Shown: positions 47,777 through 58,520, counted from the first letter of the stretch. The stretch is DNA of 64,000 nucleotides from Halanaerobiaceae bacterium ANBcel28 (GCA_037623315.1 JBBJJH010000001.1:77019-141018), one strand, 5' to 3'. The notes: a model not told the origin generated them from the sequence alone. Translations and numbers: made by a program.

Positions 47777-49383
47777 TAATGTCTAAAAATCAATTTCAAA
47801 ACACAGGACAACTAGCAAAATTTATTTTACATAGAGATAGAGTCAGAATTCCTATCTGGATAATTGCAATTACTTTACTTACAATAATTATTGCACCGGC
47901 CTTCACTGAACTATTTCCCACAGATCAAGATATTCATGCAATAGCTGAAACAATGAGAAACCCGGCCATGACAGCAATGGTAGGTCCTGGCTACGGACTT
48001 GATAATTATACATACGGTGCCATGATGTCACATATGATGCTTCTTTTTACTGCTTTTGCAGTTGCTATTATGAGCATCTTTATCGTAATACGTCATACCA
48101 GAGGCGATGAAGAAAGTGGTCGCATTGAAGTAATTTGTTCTCTACCTGTAGGACGCTTATCTAATCTGGCTTCTACTATAATCGTATCTATTGGCGTGAA
48201 TATACTACTAGGTTTAGTAGTAGCTATAGGATTAGCTGTACTTGGCATTGAAAGCATAGATTTACAAGGCTCAATTTTATATGGGGCTGTTTTAACTGCA
48301 ACTGGCATATTCTTCACTGCTATTACAGCTCTATTTGCTCAACTCACAGAAAATACTAGAGGAGCTATTGGCTATTCATTTACTTTTTTAGGCCTGAGTT
48401 ATTTATTACGTTCAATTGGTGATGTTAGTAGTGAAGTACTTTCCTTAATATCACCACTTGGTCTAATCTTACGAGCCGAAGTTTATGTAAATAATTACTG
48501 GTGGCCTGTTATAATTACTGTTCTTGCTGCTATTCCTTTTCTGATACTAGCTTTCTACCTTAACGCTATTCGAGACCTTGAAGCAGGACTGATACCATCA
48601 AAAGGGGGAAGAATTAATGCTTCTAGATTCTTACAAAGTCCTTTGGGCCTGGCCTTAAGATTACAACGTACTACTATAATTTCCTGGTTGATAGGGGCCT
48701 TTGTGCTGGGGGCATCATATGGTTCAGTTGCTGGTGATTTAGATACATTTTTAGAGGCCAATGAAATGTATAGACAGATATTCGCAATTGAAGGTGGACT
48801 TCCTATATTAGAACAATTCATATCTATCTTAATGTCAGTGATAGCAATAATCTGTGCCGTTCCTGCTGTTTTGCTTTTTTTAAAACTCAAGAAGGAAGAA
48901 ATGAAAAATCGAACAGAGCATCTTTATGCAAGAGCAGTCTCTCGCAACAAGGTAATGGGAAGTTTTTTAGCTATCTCTCTTGCCGTTGGCTTTTCGACTC
49001 TTTTCCTGGCTGCTTTTGGTTTATGGGCTACTGCAGCTACAGTAATGGAAGACCCTATTTCTTTTAGCACTATCTTTAATTCTGCTATGATTTATTTACC
49101 ATCAACATTTGTGATTATTGGTATTTCTGGGTTTTTAATAGGCTTTTTTCCAAAGCGAACAATTATAAGCTGGGTATACCTAATCTATTCATTTTTTGTG
49201 GTATATTTAGGTGGAATACTACAATTTCCAGATTGGATGGAAAGTCTAAGCCCTTATGGTATTGTTCCTCAATTGCCTATTGATGAGATGAATTGGGCTA
49301 TAGTTATAGGAGTTATTCTCATTGCACTATTCTTTACTGTAGCCGGCTTTTTTGGCTATAACAGAAGGGACTTAGCGGGTTAG
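47773..49383 (+). CDS. ABC-2 family transporter permease
   Basis: 536-aa polytopic membrane protein; overlapping start with the ATPase gene; terminator hairpin at 49400-49445. Confidence 0.7.
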   Translation: MIMSKNQFQNTGQLAKFILHRDRVRIPIWIIAITLLTIIIAPAFTELFPTDQDIHAIAETMRNPAMTAMVGPGYGLDNYTYGAMMSHMMLLFTAFAVAIMSIFIVIRHTRGDEESGRIEVICSLPVGRLSNLASTIIVSIGVNILLGLVVAIGLAVLGIESIDLQGSILYGAVLTATGIFFTAITALFAQLTENTRGAIGYSFTFLGLSYLLRSIGDVSSEVLSLISPLGLILRAEVYVNNYWWPVIITVLAAIPFLILAFYLNAIRDLEAGLIPSKGGRINASRFLQSPLGLALRLQRTTIISWLIGAFVLGASYGSVAGDLDTFLEANEMYRQIFAIEGGLPILEQFISILMSVIAIICAVPAVLLFLKLKKEEMKNRTEHLYARAVSRNKVMGSFLAISLAVGFSTLFLAAFGLWATAATVMEDPISFSTIFNSAMIYLPSTFVIIGISGFLIGFFPKRTIISWVYLIYSFFVVYLGGILQFPDWMESLSPYGIVPQLPIDEMNWAIVIGVILIALFFTVAGFFGYNRRDLAG

Positions 49384-49455
49384 GGATTGGATGATAAAAA
49401 TCAAAAAGACAGATTGCTAATTTGACATTCTGTCTTTTTGATTAATTACTTAAAT

Positions 49456-50865
49456 CTATTTTAATAGCTCCTTTAAAACATCAATAAGGTATTGTCTTTT
49501 TTGGCATTTTTCAAAACTAAAGGCTTCTCTATGCATTTCTTTTATTTCATCAACAGTCATGTCAAGAAATTGGTCTGCATATAAAGGGGCAATAGTATTA
49601 GCAATAGAACTAGTTATAGCCTGTCTACCTAATTTAAAGTATCCTCTGCCATTATAATCTAGGCTATAATCCTTCATATGTTCTGCTGTAAGATCAGCAA
49701 CTTTTCTTACAATATTTAATGCTTCACTACGGACAAGTCCACGATCTCTAGAAGTCCAGACATCTAAGCCAAGTTTCTCTTTTATTTTATTAATTGGACC
49801 CATCCTTCTAATGTATTCACAATCTCCTTTAGGCACGACTAATCCCTGTACCCCTATATCTTTATATGTCCATATTGTCCAGTGTTGTTCATATTTGTTG
49901 AAAATATCAATTTGATCTTTCAAAGCATTTAATCTTGCAAGATCAAAGCTACTTAGATTGCTTTCTGAACCATCATATAATGCTCCAAACTCACCAATCC
50001 ATGATGGTCGTTTGTGATCTAAAATCCAATTGTTTCTCTCTAAAAAAGCTTCTTCTAGCCATTTTTTATCAATATAAGTACCATTAACATATCCTGGATA
50101 TTTACGAGCCACATGAGTAGCAGGATTATAGTTATGAGAACTATATGCTAAATTTTCATCAAAAGGCTCTTCAAGTCCCTCAAATTCCGTTCCTTTACTA
50201 TTTCCCTCTAAAAAAATAATATGTTTTTTATCAACAGCTCTTATTGCATCTACAATTTCGTGATATACCATATTAAGGGAATCTATATCAGGGGCTTCTG
50301 GCTCATTTAAAAGATCATATCCTGCAATATAATCTTTATCTTTATACCTTTTAGCAATATGTATCCACAGATTTTTAACCCTCTCTATATAATCTCTATT
50401 CTTCCAGAGTAATGCAATATTGTGAGGATTATCTGAGTGCCACCCCTCATTTTGCCAGCCTTGAGCTGCATGTAAATCAAGAATTATATATATATTGTAT
50501 TTCTCTCCCCAGCTAATCACCTTATCTAGATATTTAAATACAGTATCATCATATTCGCCAGGTCGCAGGTCATCCTCAAAATGCCTATAATTAAAAGGTA
50601 CTCGTACAGCTGTAACACCAATCTCTGAGAGAAATTTAAAGTCACTTTCTTTTATAAACGAGTCAAGTAAGCTTTCAAAGAAAGCTATATATCGTTCTTC
50701 TCCTAATTCTTCTTTGATAGCCCTTCTCACTATACTTTCAGATCCAATATATCCTGTAATAAAATTCTCCATATTCAACCAACCACCAAAGCTAACACCT
50801 CTTAAAAAAACTTTTTCTCCTTTTGCGTTTATAATATCTTTTCCTTTGACTTTTAAAAAACTCAT
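49456..50865 (-). CDS. glycoside hydrolase family 5 protein
   Basis: VTAVRVPFNY...ILDLHAAQGWQN...DLLNEPE (acid/base NEP motif). Confidence 0.7.
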   Translation of the reverse strand: MSFLKVKGKDIINAKGEKVFLRGVSFGGWLNMENFITGYIGSESIVRRAIKEELGEERYIAFFESLLDSFIKESDFKFLSEIGVTAVRVPFNYRHFEDDLRPGEYDDTVFKYLDKVISWGEKYNIYIILDLHAAQGWQNEGWHSDNPHNIALLWKNRDYIERVKNLWIHIAKRYKDKDYIAGYDLLNEPEAPDIDSLNMVYHEIVDAIRAVDKKHIIFLEGNSKGTEFEGLEEPFDENLAYSSHNYNPATHVARKYPGYVNGTYIDKKWLEEAFLERNNWILDHKRPSWIGEFGALYDGSESNLSSFDLARLNALKDQIDIFNKYEQHWTIWTYKDIGVQGLVVPKGDCEYIRRMGPINKIKEKLGLDVWTSRDRGLVRSEALNIVRKVADLTAEHMKDYSLDYNGRGYFKLGRQAITSSIANTIAPLYADQFLDMTVDEIKEMHREAFSFEKCQKRQYLIDVLKELLK

Positions 50866-51142
50866 TGAATTATCTCCTTTGCTATTTCAAAATATAATTT
50901 CCACAAAACCTTTTTATTATATATCGTCTAAATTTAAAATTCTGTTCTCAAAAAAGTATTTCCATATTATATATTCTTTAACTCCATTTTTAATCCTTTT
51001 TCTAAAGCTGAATAGACCTTGTTTTCTTTTTTGACTTTTTAATCTAATTTAAAGGATAAATACAAGTTCTGCTGAATATAATTACTAGAATTTCATTATT
51101 AAATAAAAAGTGATATAAGCTTAAGATAAAGATGAACGGGAG

Positions 51143-53113
51143 ATGGTAAAAATTAATAAAAACTGTTGTTTATTTAAAAAGATTAGCTGCTTAAAACTGA
51201 ATTTAATTTCTTTTATATGTTGTGTAATTTTACTTGTTTTTATTGCTAACTTTTCAAGTGCAGCAACAATTGAAGCAAGTGATCTAGAGGCTTTTCTGGA
51301 TGGAGTAATATACAGCCAGTTGGATGAACACAATATACCAGGAGCTACACTTTCAGTAGTCAAAGATGGGGAATTACTTCTTTCTAAAGGATATGGTTTT
51401 GCGAATCTGGAAAATCGCGTGCCTGTTGACCCAGATCGCAGCCTCTTCCGTCCAGGCTCTGTTTCCAAACTATTTACCTGGACAGCTGTAATGCAAGTTG
51501 TAGAACAGGGTGAAATTGATTTAAATGATGATATTAATAAATATCTAGATTTTAAGATTCCAGAGTTTGTTAGTAAGAGTTCTAATTCTGAAACAAAGCC
51601 TATTACTATGAAACATCTTATGACACATAGACCTGGATTTGAAGAGCTTATGGAAAACTTATTTGTTCTTTCCGAGGATAAAATGCTTTCCCTGGAAGAA
51701 TATCTACGTGAAAATATACCAGAAAGAGTTTTTCCTCCAGGAGAAATTATGGCCTATTCTAATTATGGATCAGCACTAGCAGGATATATTGTAGAAGAAA
51801 TTTCTGGACAATCTTTTGAGGACTATGTTGAAGAGCATATACTATATCCTCTCGAAATGTATAATAGCACCTTCCGTCAGCCGCTACCAGAAAATCTGGC
51901 TGCTGATATGACTGGCGCCTATAAATTTCTAGGAGGAGAATATCACAAGGCTGCTTTTGAATATATACCCGCTGCACCTGCAGGAGCTATGAGCACTACT
52001 GCATCAGATATGGCTAAGTTTATGATAGCCCATTTACAAAATGGCAGATATCAAGATACGCAAATATTAGATGAAGAAACTGCTGAGATGATGCATCGTC
52101 AGCAGTTTACTCACCATCCAGAAATTGATGGAATGGCTTTAGGTTTTATTAGAGAATCATTTAATGGTGAGCAGATTATAAGTCATAGTGGAGGAACTAC
52201 ACTGTTTTACAGCTGCCTTTATCTGATACCAGAACATAATATAGGTCTTTTCGTATCTTATAGTGGGGGTACGGGTATAGAGCATGTTAAACTATTCCAG
52301 GCTTTTATGGATCGATATTTTCCAAAAGAAGTCACTTATTCCCCTGTAAGTAATGAAAACACTCAAGAAAATGCTTTATCATTCAGAGGTGAGTATCACC
52401 CTAATCGTAGTAATTTTTCTAACTTAGAATATCTTTTAGGTATAGCTCAGCGAGTAAGAATAGATGTGAATGCTGACGGTTACCTGCTTGCAAACTTCAT
52501 GGGAAGTACAGATCAGTTTGTGGAAATTGAAGAAGGGCTTTTTCAGAATCGTAATACTGATGGTACTCAGTTAATAAATAAACTGGCTTTTACAAACGAC
52601 ACTGAAGGCAAAACTTTATTAGTATTTGGTGGTCCTTTAAGCTACACTATAGTCCCCTGGTATGGCTCCATGTCTGTACTTGGATTATTAACTCTCTTAG
52701 CAATTGTATTATTCATTATGACAGTGATTAGCTGGACAGTATCCTATATAAGAAGAAAGCTGAAAAAAGAAAAAACAAAGGCCTCTCCATGGGAAAAAGC
52801 TGCACGTGGACTTATAATAGCTTTTGCCTTAACGACTATTATCTTCTTTATAGGCTTTATTGCTATCTTTGCCAATATAAATCCAGCCTATGGGGTTCCT
52901 GATATCGTCTTTAATATCTATAATCCAGTTACATTTTATTTCGTACTTAGCTTACCTTATGTTTTGGCTATTCTTACTCTAGCTATCTTTCTCTTTACAA
53001 TATTAATATGGTGGAAGAATTACTGGAAACTAGGTGCACGTCTATACTATAGCCTACTTTCTTTAAGTGCTTTTGGATTGTTATGGGTTTTATTTTATAC
53101 CAATCTAATATAG
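51143..53113 (+). CDS. serine hydrolase (beta-lactamase/PBP-like) with C-terminal membrane anchor
   Basis: Signal peptide; SxxK motif FRPGSVSKLFT; C-terminal TM helices; terminator AAGGCTTATGTC..GACATAAGCCTTTTATTTT at 53128-53165. Confidence 0.75.
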   Translation: MVKINKNCCLFKKISCLKLNLISFICCVILLVFIANFSSAATIEASDLEAFLDGVIYSQLDEHNIPGATLSVVKDGELLLSKGYGFANLENRVPVDPDRSLFRPGSVSKLFTWTAVMQVVEQGEIDLNDDINKYLDFKIPEFVSKSSNSETKPITMKHLMTHRPGFEELMENLFVLSEDKMLSLEEYLRENIPERVFPPGEIMAYSNYGSALAGYIVEEISGQSFEDYVEEHILYPLEMYNSTFRQPLPENLAADMTGAYKFLGGEYHKAAFEYIPAAPAGAMSTTASDMAKFMIAHLQNGRYQDTQILDEETAEMMHRQQFTHHPEIDGMALGFIRESFNGEQIISHSGGTTLFYSCLYLIPEHNIGLFVSYSGGTGIEHVKLFQAFMDRYFPKEVTYSPVSNENTQENALSFRGEYHPNRSNFSNLEYLLGIAQRVRIDVNADGYLLANFMGSTDQFVEIEEGLFQNRNTDGTQLINKLAFTNDTEGKTLLVFGGPLSYTIVPWYGSMSVLGLLTLLAIVLFIMTVISWTVSYIRRKLKKEKTKASPWEKAARGLIIAFALTTIIFFIGFIAIFANINPAYGVPDIVFNIYNPVTFYFVLSLPYVLAILTLAIFLFTILIWWKNYWKLGARLYYSLLSLSAFGLLWVLFYTNLI

Positions 53114-53186
53114 TTAAGAAATTTCAAAAAGGCTTATGTCCGCGAAGACATAAGCCTTTTATTTTACTAATTTTTATATGATTTTA

Positions 53187-53702
53187 CTATTTTAAAAATC
53201 CAGCAATTTTCTTATATACAAGAATCGCAACTACACTGTTTAATCCACCTTTAATTAAATTAAATGGAACTATAAAAGTAAATAAGAATCCCCACTCAGC
53301 TGGCAAACCATACATTGGAAAGATTAAGTATTTATTCGATAACAATCCCAAAGTAGTCATGGCCAGTGTTCCAACAATTACACCTATTATAGCTGTTGTC
53401 TTACTCTTTTTATAGTGGTAAATCATACTTGCTGTCAATACAAAAGAACTACCCACAATAAAATTAGAAAGTTCTCCTACTCCTCCTGTACTGGTCTTTG
53501 TTAAAAAGTCCAGTATATTCCTCACTAGAATAATAGCTACACCCGGTATAGGGCCAAGAACAAAAGCTCCAATCAGAGCAGGGAGTTCTGCTATATCCAA
53601 TTTAAGATATTCAGGAAACAGAGGCAATGGTACTCTAATGAATGTTAAGAGATAAGACAATGCTACTAATAAAGAAACCTTTACCATTATATTTGTACTC
53701 AT
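53187..53702 (-). CDS. ribU: ECF transporter S component for riboflavin
   Basis: Polytopic ECF S-type protein directly downstream of an FMN riboswitch; start set at MSTNIMVKV (AAGGAAAG SD); the track's longer ORF runs into the riboswitch terminator. Confidence 0.7.
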   Translation of the reverse strand: MSTNIMVKVSLLVALSYLLTFIRVPLPLFPEYLKLDIAELPALIGAFVLGPIPGVAIILVRNILDFLTKTSTGGVGELSNFIVGSSFVLTASMIYHYKKSKTTAIIGVIVGTLAMTTLGLLSNKYLIFPMYGLPAEWGFLFTFIVPFNLIKGGLNSVVAILVYKKIAGFLK

Positions 53703-53774
53703 TTTTTCTTTCCTTATTACTTTAGAACTACTTGTTTGCATAATGTATTCCCCCATTAATTATTATAAGGAAAC

Positions 53775-53960
53775 TAAAAAGACCCCTGATATACATCAGG
53801 GATCTAAAAGTTCTAGATAATTGCACATAAAAACAAAAGCAATTTTATCTTCTTCCATCCAGACTATACTGTCGGCTCTGGAATTAAACCAGATCAGCTC
53901 TTAAAAAGAGTTCGCGGGCTGTACCGCCGGTCGGGTATTTAACCCTGCCCTGAAGATATA
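53775..53960 (-). ncRNA. FMN riboswitch (RFN element) with intrinsic terminator expression platform
   Basis: Minus strand: CTTCAGGGCAGGGTTAAATACCCGACCGGCGGTACAGCCCGCGA...GATCTGGTTTAATTCCAGAGCCGACAGTATAGTCTGGATGGAAGAAGAT, then terminator GATCCCTGATGTATATCAGGGGTCTTTTTAG. Confidence 0.85.
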
Positions 53961-54126
53961 TATCAGATATTTAATTTTCCTTTAAAAAATATTATATCAT
54001 AACTTAGTAAAAAATCAACATTGCAATTATATGATATAGTCCCTTGATCACTTATTATTTTCAAAAAACTATGCTTTTTCTAAGTTCTTCTGCTACTTCC
54101 TCCCCTTTTTAATACTTCTGCAATTT

Positions 54127-54888
54127 TTAATTCTTTTCTAAAAAACTTATCCTTCTCTTACCAATTGTACAATGTTTAATTCTATGATAATTCTTGTGTT
54201 CTATCTTATGTTTTTTATCACTTATTATCGTAATTATTGATCTCTCATTTAAAAAATTTAGCATATTATTAAGGAACAGTTCTATATTCTCTTTGTCATC
54301 AGTAGCACTTTTGTTCCATTCTACAATATTTCCATATGGTATATCAGTAATTACTAAATCTACTTTATCTATAATTTCTTTAGCTTCACATACCTTATCT
54401 ATTGTAGGTTTATCACCTAAGGCATTAGCTAAAAAACATTTTATTTCTGGATTGGAATCCATTCCATCTAAGGTTTCTTTTAAAGTAATAGCACTCTTAA
54501 GGGCCTTTTTATGAGACTCTTTATTAAACTTTTCTATATCTTCCTGCAGTTCATTAATGCGCTTATTAATACCTTCTAATTTTAATAACGATAAGTTTCT
54601 CCTGGCCAAATCTACCATCTCTTCTTCTATATCTGAAGCATATATTTTAGAGATAGAATTGCCGTGCAAAAAAAACAGTATTGATAGCATATATCCTCCA
54701 CCACAACAAGGATCATATATAGAAATAGGTTCTTTCACCTTTTTCTGCTCTAAGTAGGCCTTAGCCCTTAAGAATATCTCACTTGCTAATCTGACTGGGA
54801 AAGCAGTTGCTCCTTTTTGATTATAGAGGACTCTACCACTGGCCAGGTCTTGATAATTTTTTGCTTCTTTCTCATATTTATATTTCAA
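54127..54888 (-). CDS. class I SAM-dependent methyltransferase with DPPY-type motif IV (TDIPYG)
   Basis: Motif I IYDPCCGGGYML; motif IV LVITDIPYG; substrate (DNA vs RNA vs protein) not determinable by eye. Confidence 0.6.
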   Translation of the reverse strand: MKYKYEKEAKNYQDLASGRVLYNQKGATAFPVRLASEIFLRAKAYLEQKKVKEPISIYDPCCGGGYMLSILFFLHGNSISKIYASDIEEEMVDLARRNLSLLKLEGINKRINELQEDIEKFNKESHKKALKSAITLKETLDGMDSNPEIKCFLANALGDKPTIDKVCEAKEIIDKVDLVITDIPYGNIVEWNKSATDDKENIELFLNNMLNFLNERSIITIISDKKHKIEHKNYHRIKHCTIGKRRISFLEKN

Positions 54889-54971
54889 TTTCTTTCACCT
54901 TCTAAAAACAAAATTTAAGCTAAGTACATTTTTAAATAGCATAGCTTTATTTATATTAAAATAATTACAAA

Positions 54972-55742
54972 CTATAGGAGGTTTGTAAATAAATCATCAA
55001 CATCCAAAGATAAAGCAGAAAAAACCATTGATTCTGCAATTGCTTCTCTTTTATATATTTCATATTTTTCAATTTCACAATCCTTAAAAGTATATACCAT
55101 AATATTTTCCTGCCCGGGGTCAACAATCCAATATTCTTCAACTCCAGATAGCATATAAGTATTTAATTTATCTACCATATCTTTTTTCCGGGTACTATTA
55201 GATAAAATCTCAATTACAAGAGTAGGAGTGCCCATGTAACGATTTTTTTCTGTTACTATATTTTTCAGATCACAGATTACTAATAAATCTGGCTGCATTA
55301 CATCTGGCTCTTTAAGATCCTTCTTTTTAAAATGCACATCAAAAGGAGCTAAAAATACTCTACACTTCCTATCTTTAAAATATTCCGTAAAGCGCAGATA
55401 TAATCTTCCTAATATCTCTTGGTGAGCAATAGTAGGTGAAGATAATATATGAATTTCACCATTAATAAATTCCATCCTCAAAGTACTCTTTTCATATATC
55501 TCCATAAATTCATCATAGGATACTTTCTTACCACCATATTTATAATCCAGAGCATTTTCTCGTACTGTAAAATACTGTTCAATATCTGTTACATAAGGTG
55601 TTAACCGGGCTATTTTATTCCCGTTTTTACTTATCACTACATCATTATCCTCTTTTTCAACAAAAGCCAGATATTTGCCCAGATTCTGTTTCAACTCTGT
55701 TGCAGTTATGACAACTCCTTCTTTATAATTTGCCGATTCCAT
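54972..55742 (-). CDS. Phd/YefM-like N-terminal domain fused to Uma2-family (PD-(D/E)xK) endonuclease
   Basis: N-terminus GVVITATELKQNLGKYLAFVEKEDNDVVISKNGNKIARLTPY (Phd/YefM pattern); C-terminal domain HQEILGRLY...PDLLVICD...PTLVIEILSNSTRKKD...GVEEYWIVDP (Uma2 pattern). Confidence 0.6.
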   Translation of the reverse strand: MESANYKEGVVITATELKQNLGKYLAFVEKEDNDVVISKNGNKIARLTPYVTDIEQYFTVRENALDYKYGGKKVSYDEFMEIYEKSTLRMEFINGEIHILSSPTIAHQEILGRLYLRFTEYFKDRKCRVFLAPFDVHFKKKDLKEPDVMQPDLLVICDLKNIVTEKNRYMGTPTLVIEILSNSTRKKDMVDKLNTYMLSGVEEYWIVDPGQENIMVYTFKDCEIEKYEIYKREAIAESMVFSALSLDVDDLFTNLL

Positions 55743-55814
55743 CCAATCACCTCCAGTAATATTATACCATATTATGCGTTTTGAAGCAATTTTTTTGTTC
55801 GATTGTTAATTATA

Positions 55815-55849
55815 TTTTGTACGGTATGATACATTATTTTGTACGGTGA
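55815..55849. promoter_or_regulatory. two direct repeats TATTTTGTACGGT spaced 22 bp apart upstream of the Phd-Uma2 gene
   Basis: Exact 13-bp repeat at 55815-55827 and 55837-55849. Confidence 0.4.
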
Positions 55850-56042
55850 TTAATCATCCTACTTTTTATTTGGGAGTAGGTTTGCCTGTAAAATTCAGCA
55901 ATTTGAGCATTGATGGTGAGAGAATTGAAGAGGACTATATAAAGAGAGGACAAAAAGTGGAGTCTTTATTATAAGAAAAAAACACAGGAACTTCATTTGG
56001 AAGTATCATATCACTTCTGGAATTATCGCTTTTACTTATATC

Positions 56043-56915
56043 TCAAAACAATCTCATTTGTGTATAATCATTTTTACTTTCATATTTATGTAGGTATTCA
56101 AAGACTTTTCCTGTTCCTATGAGCACGTTATTTTTAATACAAACATCCTTAACAATTTTCATTAAGTATTTATTATTAGGACTTAGAATTTCATAGTTAT
56201 TACCATAATTGCTGATATATTTTTCCTTGATACCTGGAAATAATTGATCTAGCTTCTGATAATAATATTCACGATTTCCTTTTCTTAGTGTCAAACCCAT
56301 ATTAAAACAAAGAATAGCCTTCACCTCTGCCTCAATACAATAATCCAGTATACCTCTTATGTTTTCTTCTGTGTCATTTATAAAAGGCAAAATTGGGTCA
56401 AGCCAGACAACAGTTGGTATTCCATGATCCCTCATTATTTTCAGCACTTCAAATCGTTCTTTCGTTGTACTGACATAAGGCTCTATTTTTTTGCATAAAT
56501 CTTCATCATAGGTAGTTAAAGTTATCTGAACTACACACTTAGATTTTTCATTGATACTTTTCAATAAATCCAGATCCCTGAGTATCAAATTAGACTTAGT
56601 CTGAATAGCAAGACCAAAAGCGTATTTATCGATTATCTCAAGACATCTTCTTGTGTTTTCTAATTTCTTTTCTAAAGCTATGTAAGGATCAGACATAGAG
56701 CCTGTGCCAATCATGCATTTCTTTCTTTTTTTTCTAAGGGATTCTTCCAACAGTTGTGGTGCATTAGCTTTTACTTCTACATCCTCAAAATCATGTCTCA
56801 TTTGATAGCATTCACTTCTTGAATCACAATATATACAGCCATGGGTACAACCTCTGTAAATATTCATTGCATTTTTAGATGACAAAATCCCTTTTGCTAA
56901 TACCTCATGCATCAT
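56043..56915 (-). CDS. radical SAM protein, spore-photoproduct-lyase-like (SPL/COG1533 family)
   Basis: CTHGCIYCD CxxxCxxC cluster near N-terminus. Confidence 0.65.
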   Translation of the reverse strand: MMHEVLAKGILSSKNAMNIYRGCTHGCIYCDSRSECYQMRHDFEDVEVKANAPQLLEESLRKKRKKCMIGTGSMSDPYIALEKKLENTRRCLEIIDKYAFGLAIQTKSNLILRDLDLLKSINEKSKCVVQITLTTYDEDLCKKIEPYVSTTKERFEVLKIMRDHGIPTVVWLDPILPFINDTEENIRGILDYCIEAEVKAILCFNMGLTLRKGNREYYYQKLDQLFPGIKEKYISNYGNNYEILSPNNKYLMKIVKDVCIKNNVLIGTGKVFEYLHKYESKNDYTQMRLF

Positions 56916-57044
56916 TCATCCCTCAATTCGTTATACATTCCTAAATACAGTTTTAAAATCTATATTCAGTCCTTATATACACTTCTTGAATTATAAGGAT
57001 TTACCTGCATTTTTTTGTATCCAATATAAGAATAGCATAAGATT

Positions 57045-58520
57045 TTAGGTGCCGCAAAAAGTCCGATAAGGATAATGTGAAGATGGAGGAAGTGAGGCAT
57101 ATTCAGACTGTTCCTCAGAGTGGGCATATGGATTAGCAAGAGCATCAAGAAATCGCTTCATTACAGTATAGTCTCCTTCTTCCACAGCAGCTTCCAGTGC
57201 CTCTTCTACCCGGTGATTACGAGGAATCAGGGCAGGATTAGAATCTCGCATCAACTGATAGGAGAATTGCTTTAAACCATCCTGACTATCTAACCTTGCC
57301 TGCCATCTTTTATGCCATTGAGCAAATTCCTCACTTTCAAACAATTCCATATCAGATAGTTGATTAAAGGTCAATGCAATAAAGGTATTGCTAAAGTCGG
57401 CTTCATACTTTTCCATTAAATCAAGGAGATCCTCAATAAGGGCTTCATCCTCTGCTTTTTCGTTGCTTAATCCCAGCTTCGATCTCATTCCCTCCAGCCA
57501 ATTACAGTGATAGATATTTTTATACTCAGCAAGAACACCCTGTGCCAGATCTACAGCCTCTTCCTGCTCATCATCAATCAGTGGTAGCAGGGTTTCTGCA
57601 AATCGAGCCAGATTCCAGGCACCTATATCTGGCTGATTCCCATAGGCATAACGGCCATATCTATCAATGGAACTGAATACCGTCTCCGGGTCGTAGCTGT
57701 CCATAAATGCACAAGGACCATAATCAATGGTCTCTCCACTAAGAGCCATGTTATCCGTATTCATTACCCCATGAACAAACCCAAGCAACTGCCATTTAGC
57801 TATCAACTCAGCCTGGCGTTTGGCCACTCCTTTGAGTAAGGCAAGATAGCAATTTACTGTGTCTTTTGCCTCAGGATAATGTCTTTCTATTGTATAGTCA
57901 GCAATGGTCCGCAACTCATCAACAGTACCCCATTTTGCAATATATTCGAAGGTTCCTACCCGAAGATGACTGGCTGCCACACGAGTTAATATTGCACCAG
58001 TATTCTCAGATTCACGCCTTATCGTCTCGCCCGTTGTCACCACTGCCAGGCTGCGAGTAGTAGGAATTCCAAGGCCATACATGGCTTCACTGATAATGTA
58101 TTCCCGAAGCATGGGTCCCAGTACCGCTCTACCATCACCTTGCCTCGAATAAGGTGTTTTCCCTGAACCCTTAAGTTGGATGTCAAATCTATTACCCTTA
58201 GGAGTTATTTGCTCCCCCAGCAAAATAGCCCGACCATCGCCTAACTTAGTAAAGTGACCGAACTGATGCCCTGCATAAGCTTGAGCAAGGGGGTCACCAC
58301 CTTCAGGAATCTCATTGCCAGCAAATATATCCACAGCATATTCACTTTTCAGTGCATGGGGGTCAAAGCCTAGGGATTTTGCCAATTTATCATTAAATAT
58401 AATCAACTTCGGGTCTGGTACAGGGGTTGGTTTGACTCTAGTAAAAAATAATGTAGGCAGATGAGAATAACTATTGTCTAAGTTCCACCCTGTCTCAATA
58501 CTTTCTTTTATCTCTGTCAT
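57045..58520 (-). CDS. selO: protein adenylyltransferase SelO (YdiU/UPF0061)
   Basis: [11 protein letters not shown]...[33 protein letters not shown] signature; GC content visibly higher than neighbours. Confidence 0.85.
   Translation of the reverse strand: MTEIKESIETGWNLDNSYSHLPTLFFTRVKPTPVPDPKLIIFNDKLAKSLGFDPHALKSEYAVDIFAGNEIPEGGDPLAQAYAGHQFGHFTKLGDGRAILLGEQITPKGNRFDIQLKGSGKTPYSRQGDGRAVLGPMLREYIISEAMYGLGIPTTRSLAVVTTGETIRRESENTGAILTRVAASHLRVGTFEYIAKWGTVDELRTIADYTIERHYPEAKDTVNCYLALLKGVAKRQAELIAKWQLLGFVHGVMNTDNMALSGETIDYGPCAFMDSYDPETVFSSIDRYGRYAYGNQPDIGAWNLARFAETLLPLIDDEQEEAVDLAQGVLAEYKNIYHCNWLEGMRSKLGLSNEKAEDEALIEDLLDLMEKYEADFSNTFIALTFNQLSDMELFESEEFAQWHKRWQARLDSQDGLKQFSYQLMRDSNPALIPRNHRVEEALEAAVEEGDYTVMKRFLDALANPYAHSEEQSEYASLPPSSHYPYRTFCGT

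Noticed and set aside
48093-48890. Two antisense ORFs (74 and 111 aa) within the ABC-2 permease gene
   Set aside because: Embedded antisense to a long membrane-protein ORF that is translationally coupled to the ABC ATPase.
53703-53756. Track's N-terminal extension of ribU (MGEYIMQTSSSKVIRKEK)
   Set aside because: This stretch overlaps the riboswitch terminator hairpin and has no SD. The downstream ATG (MSTNIM) has a proper AAGGAAAG SD.
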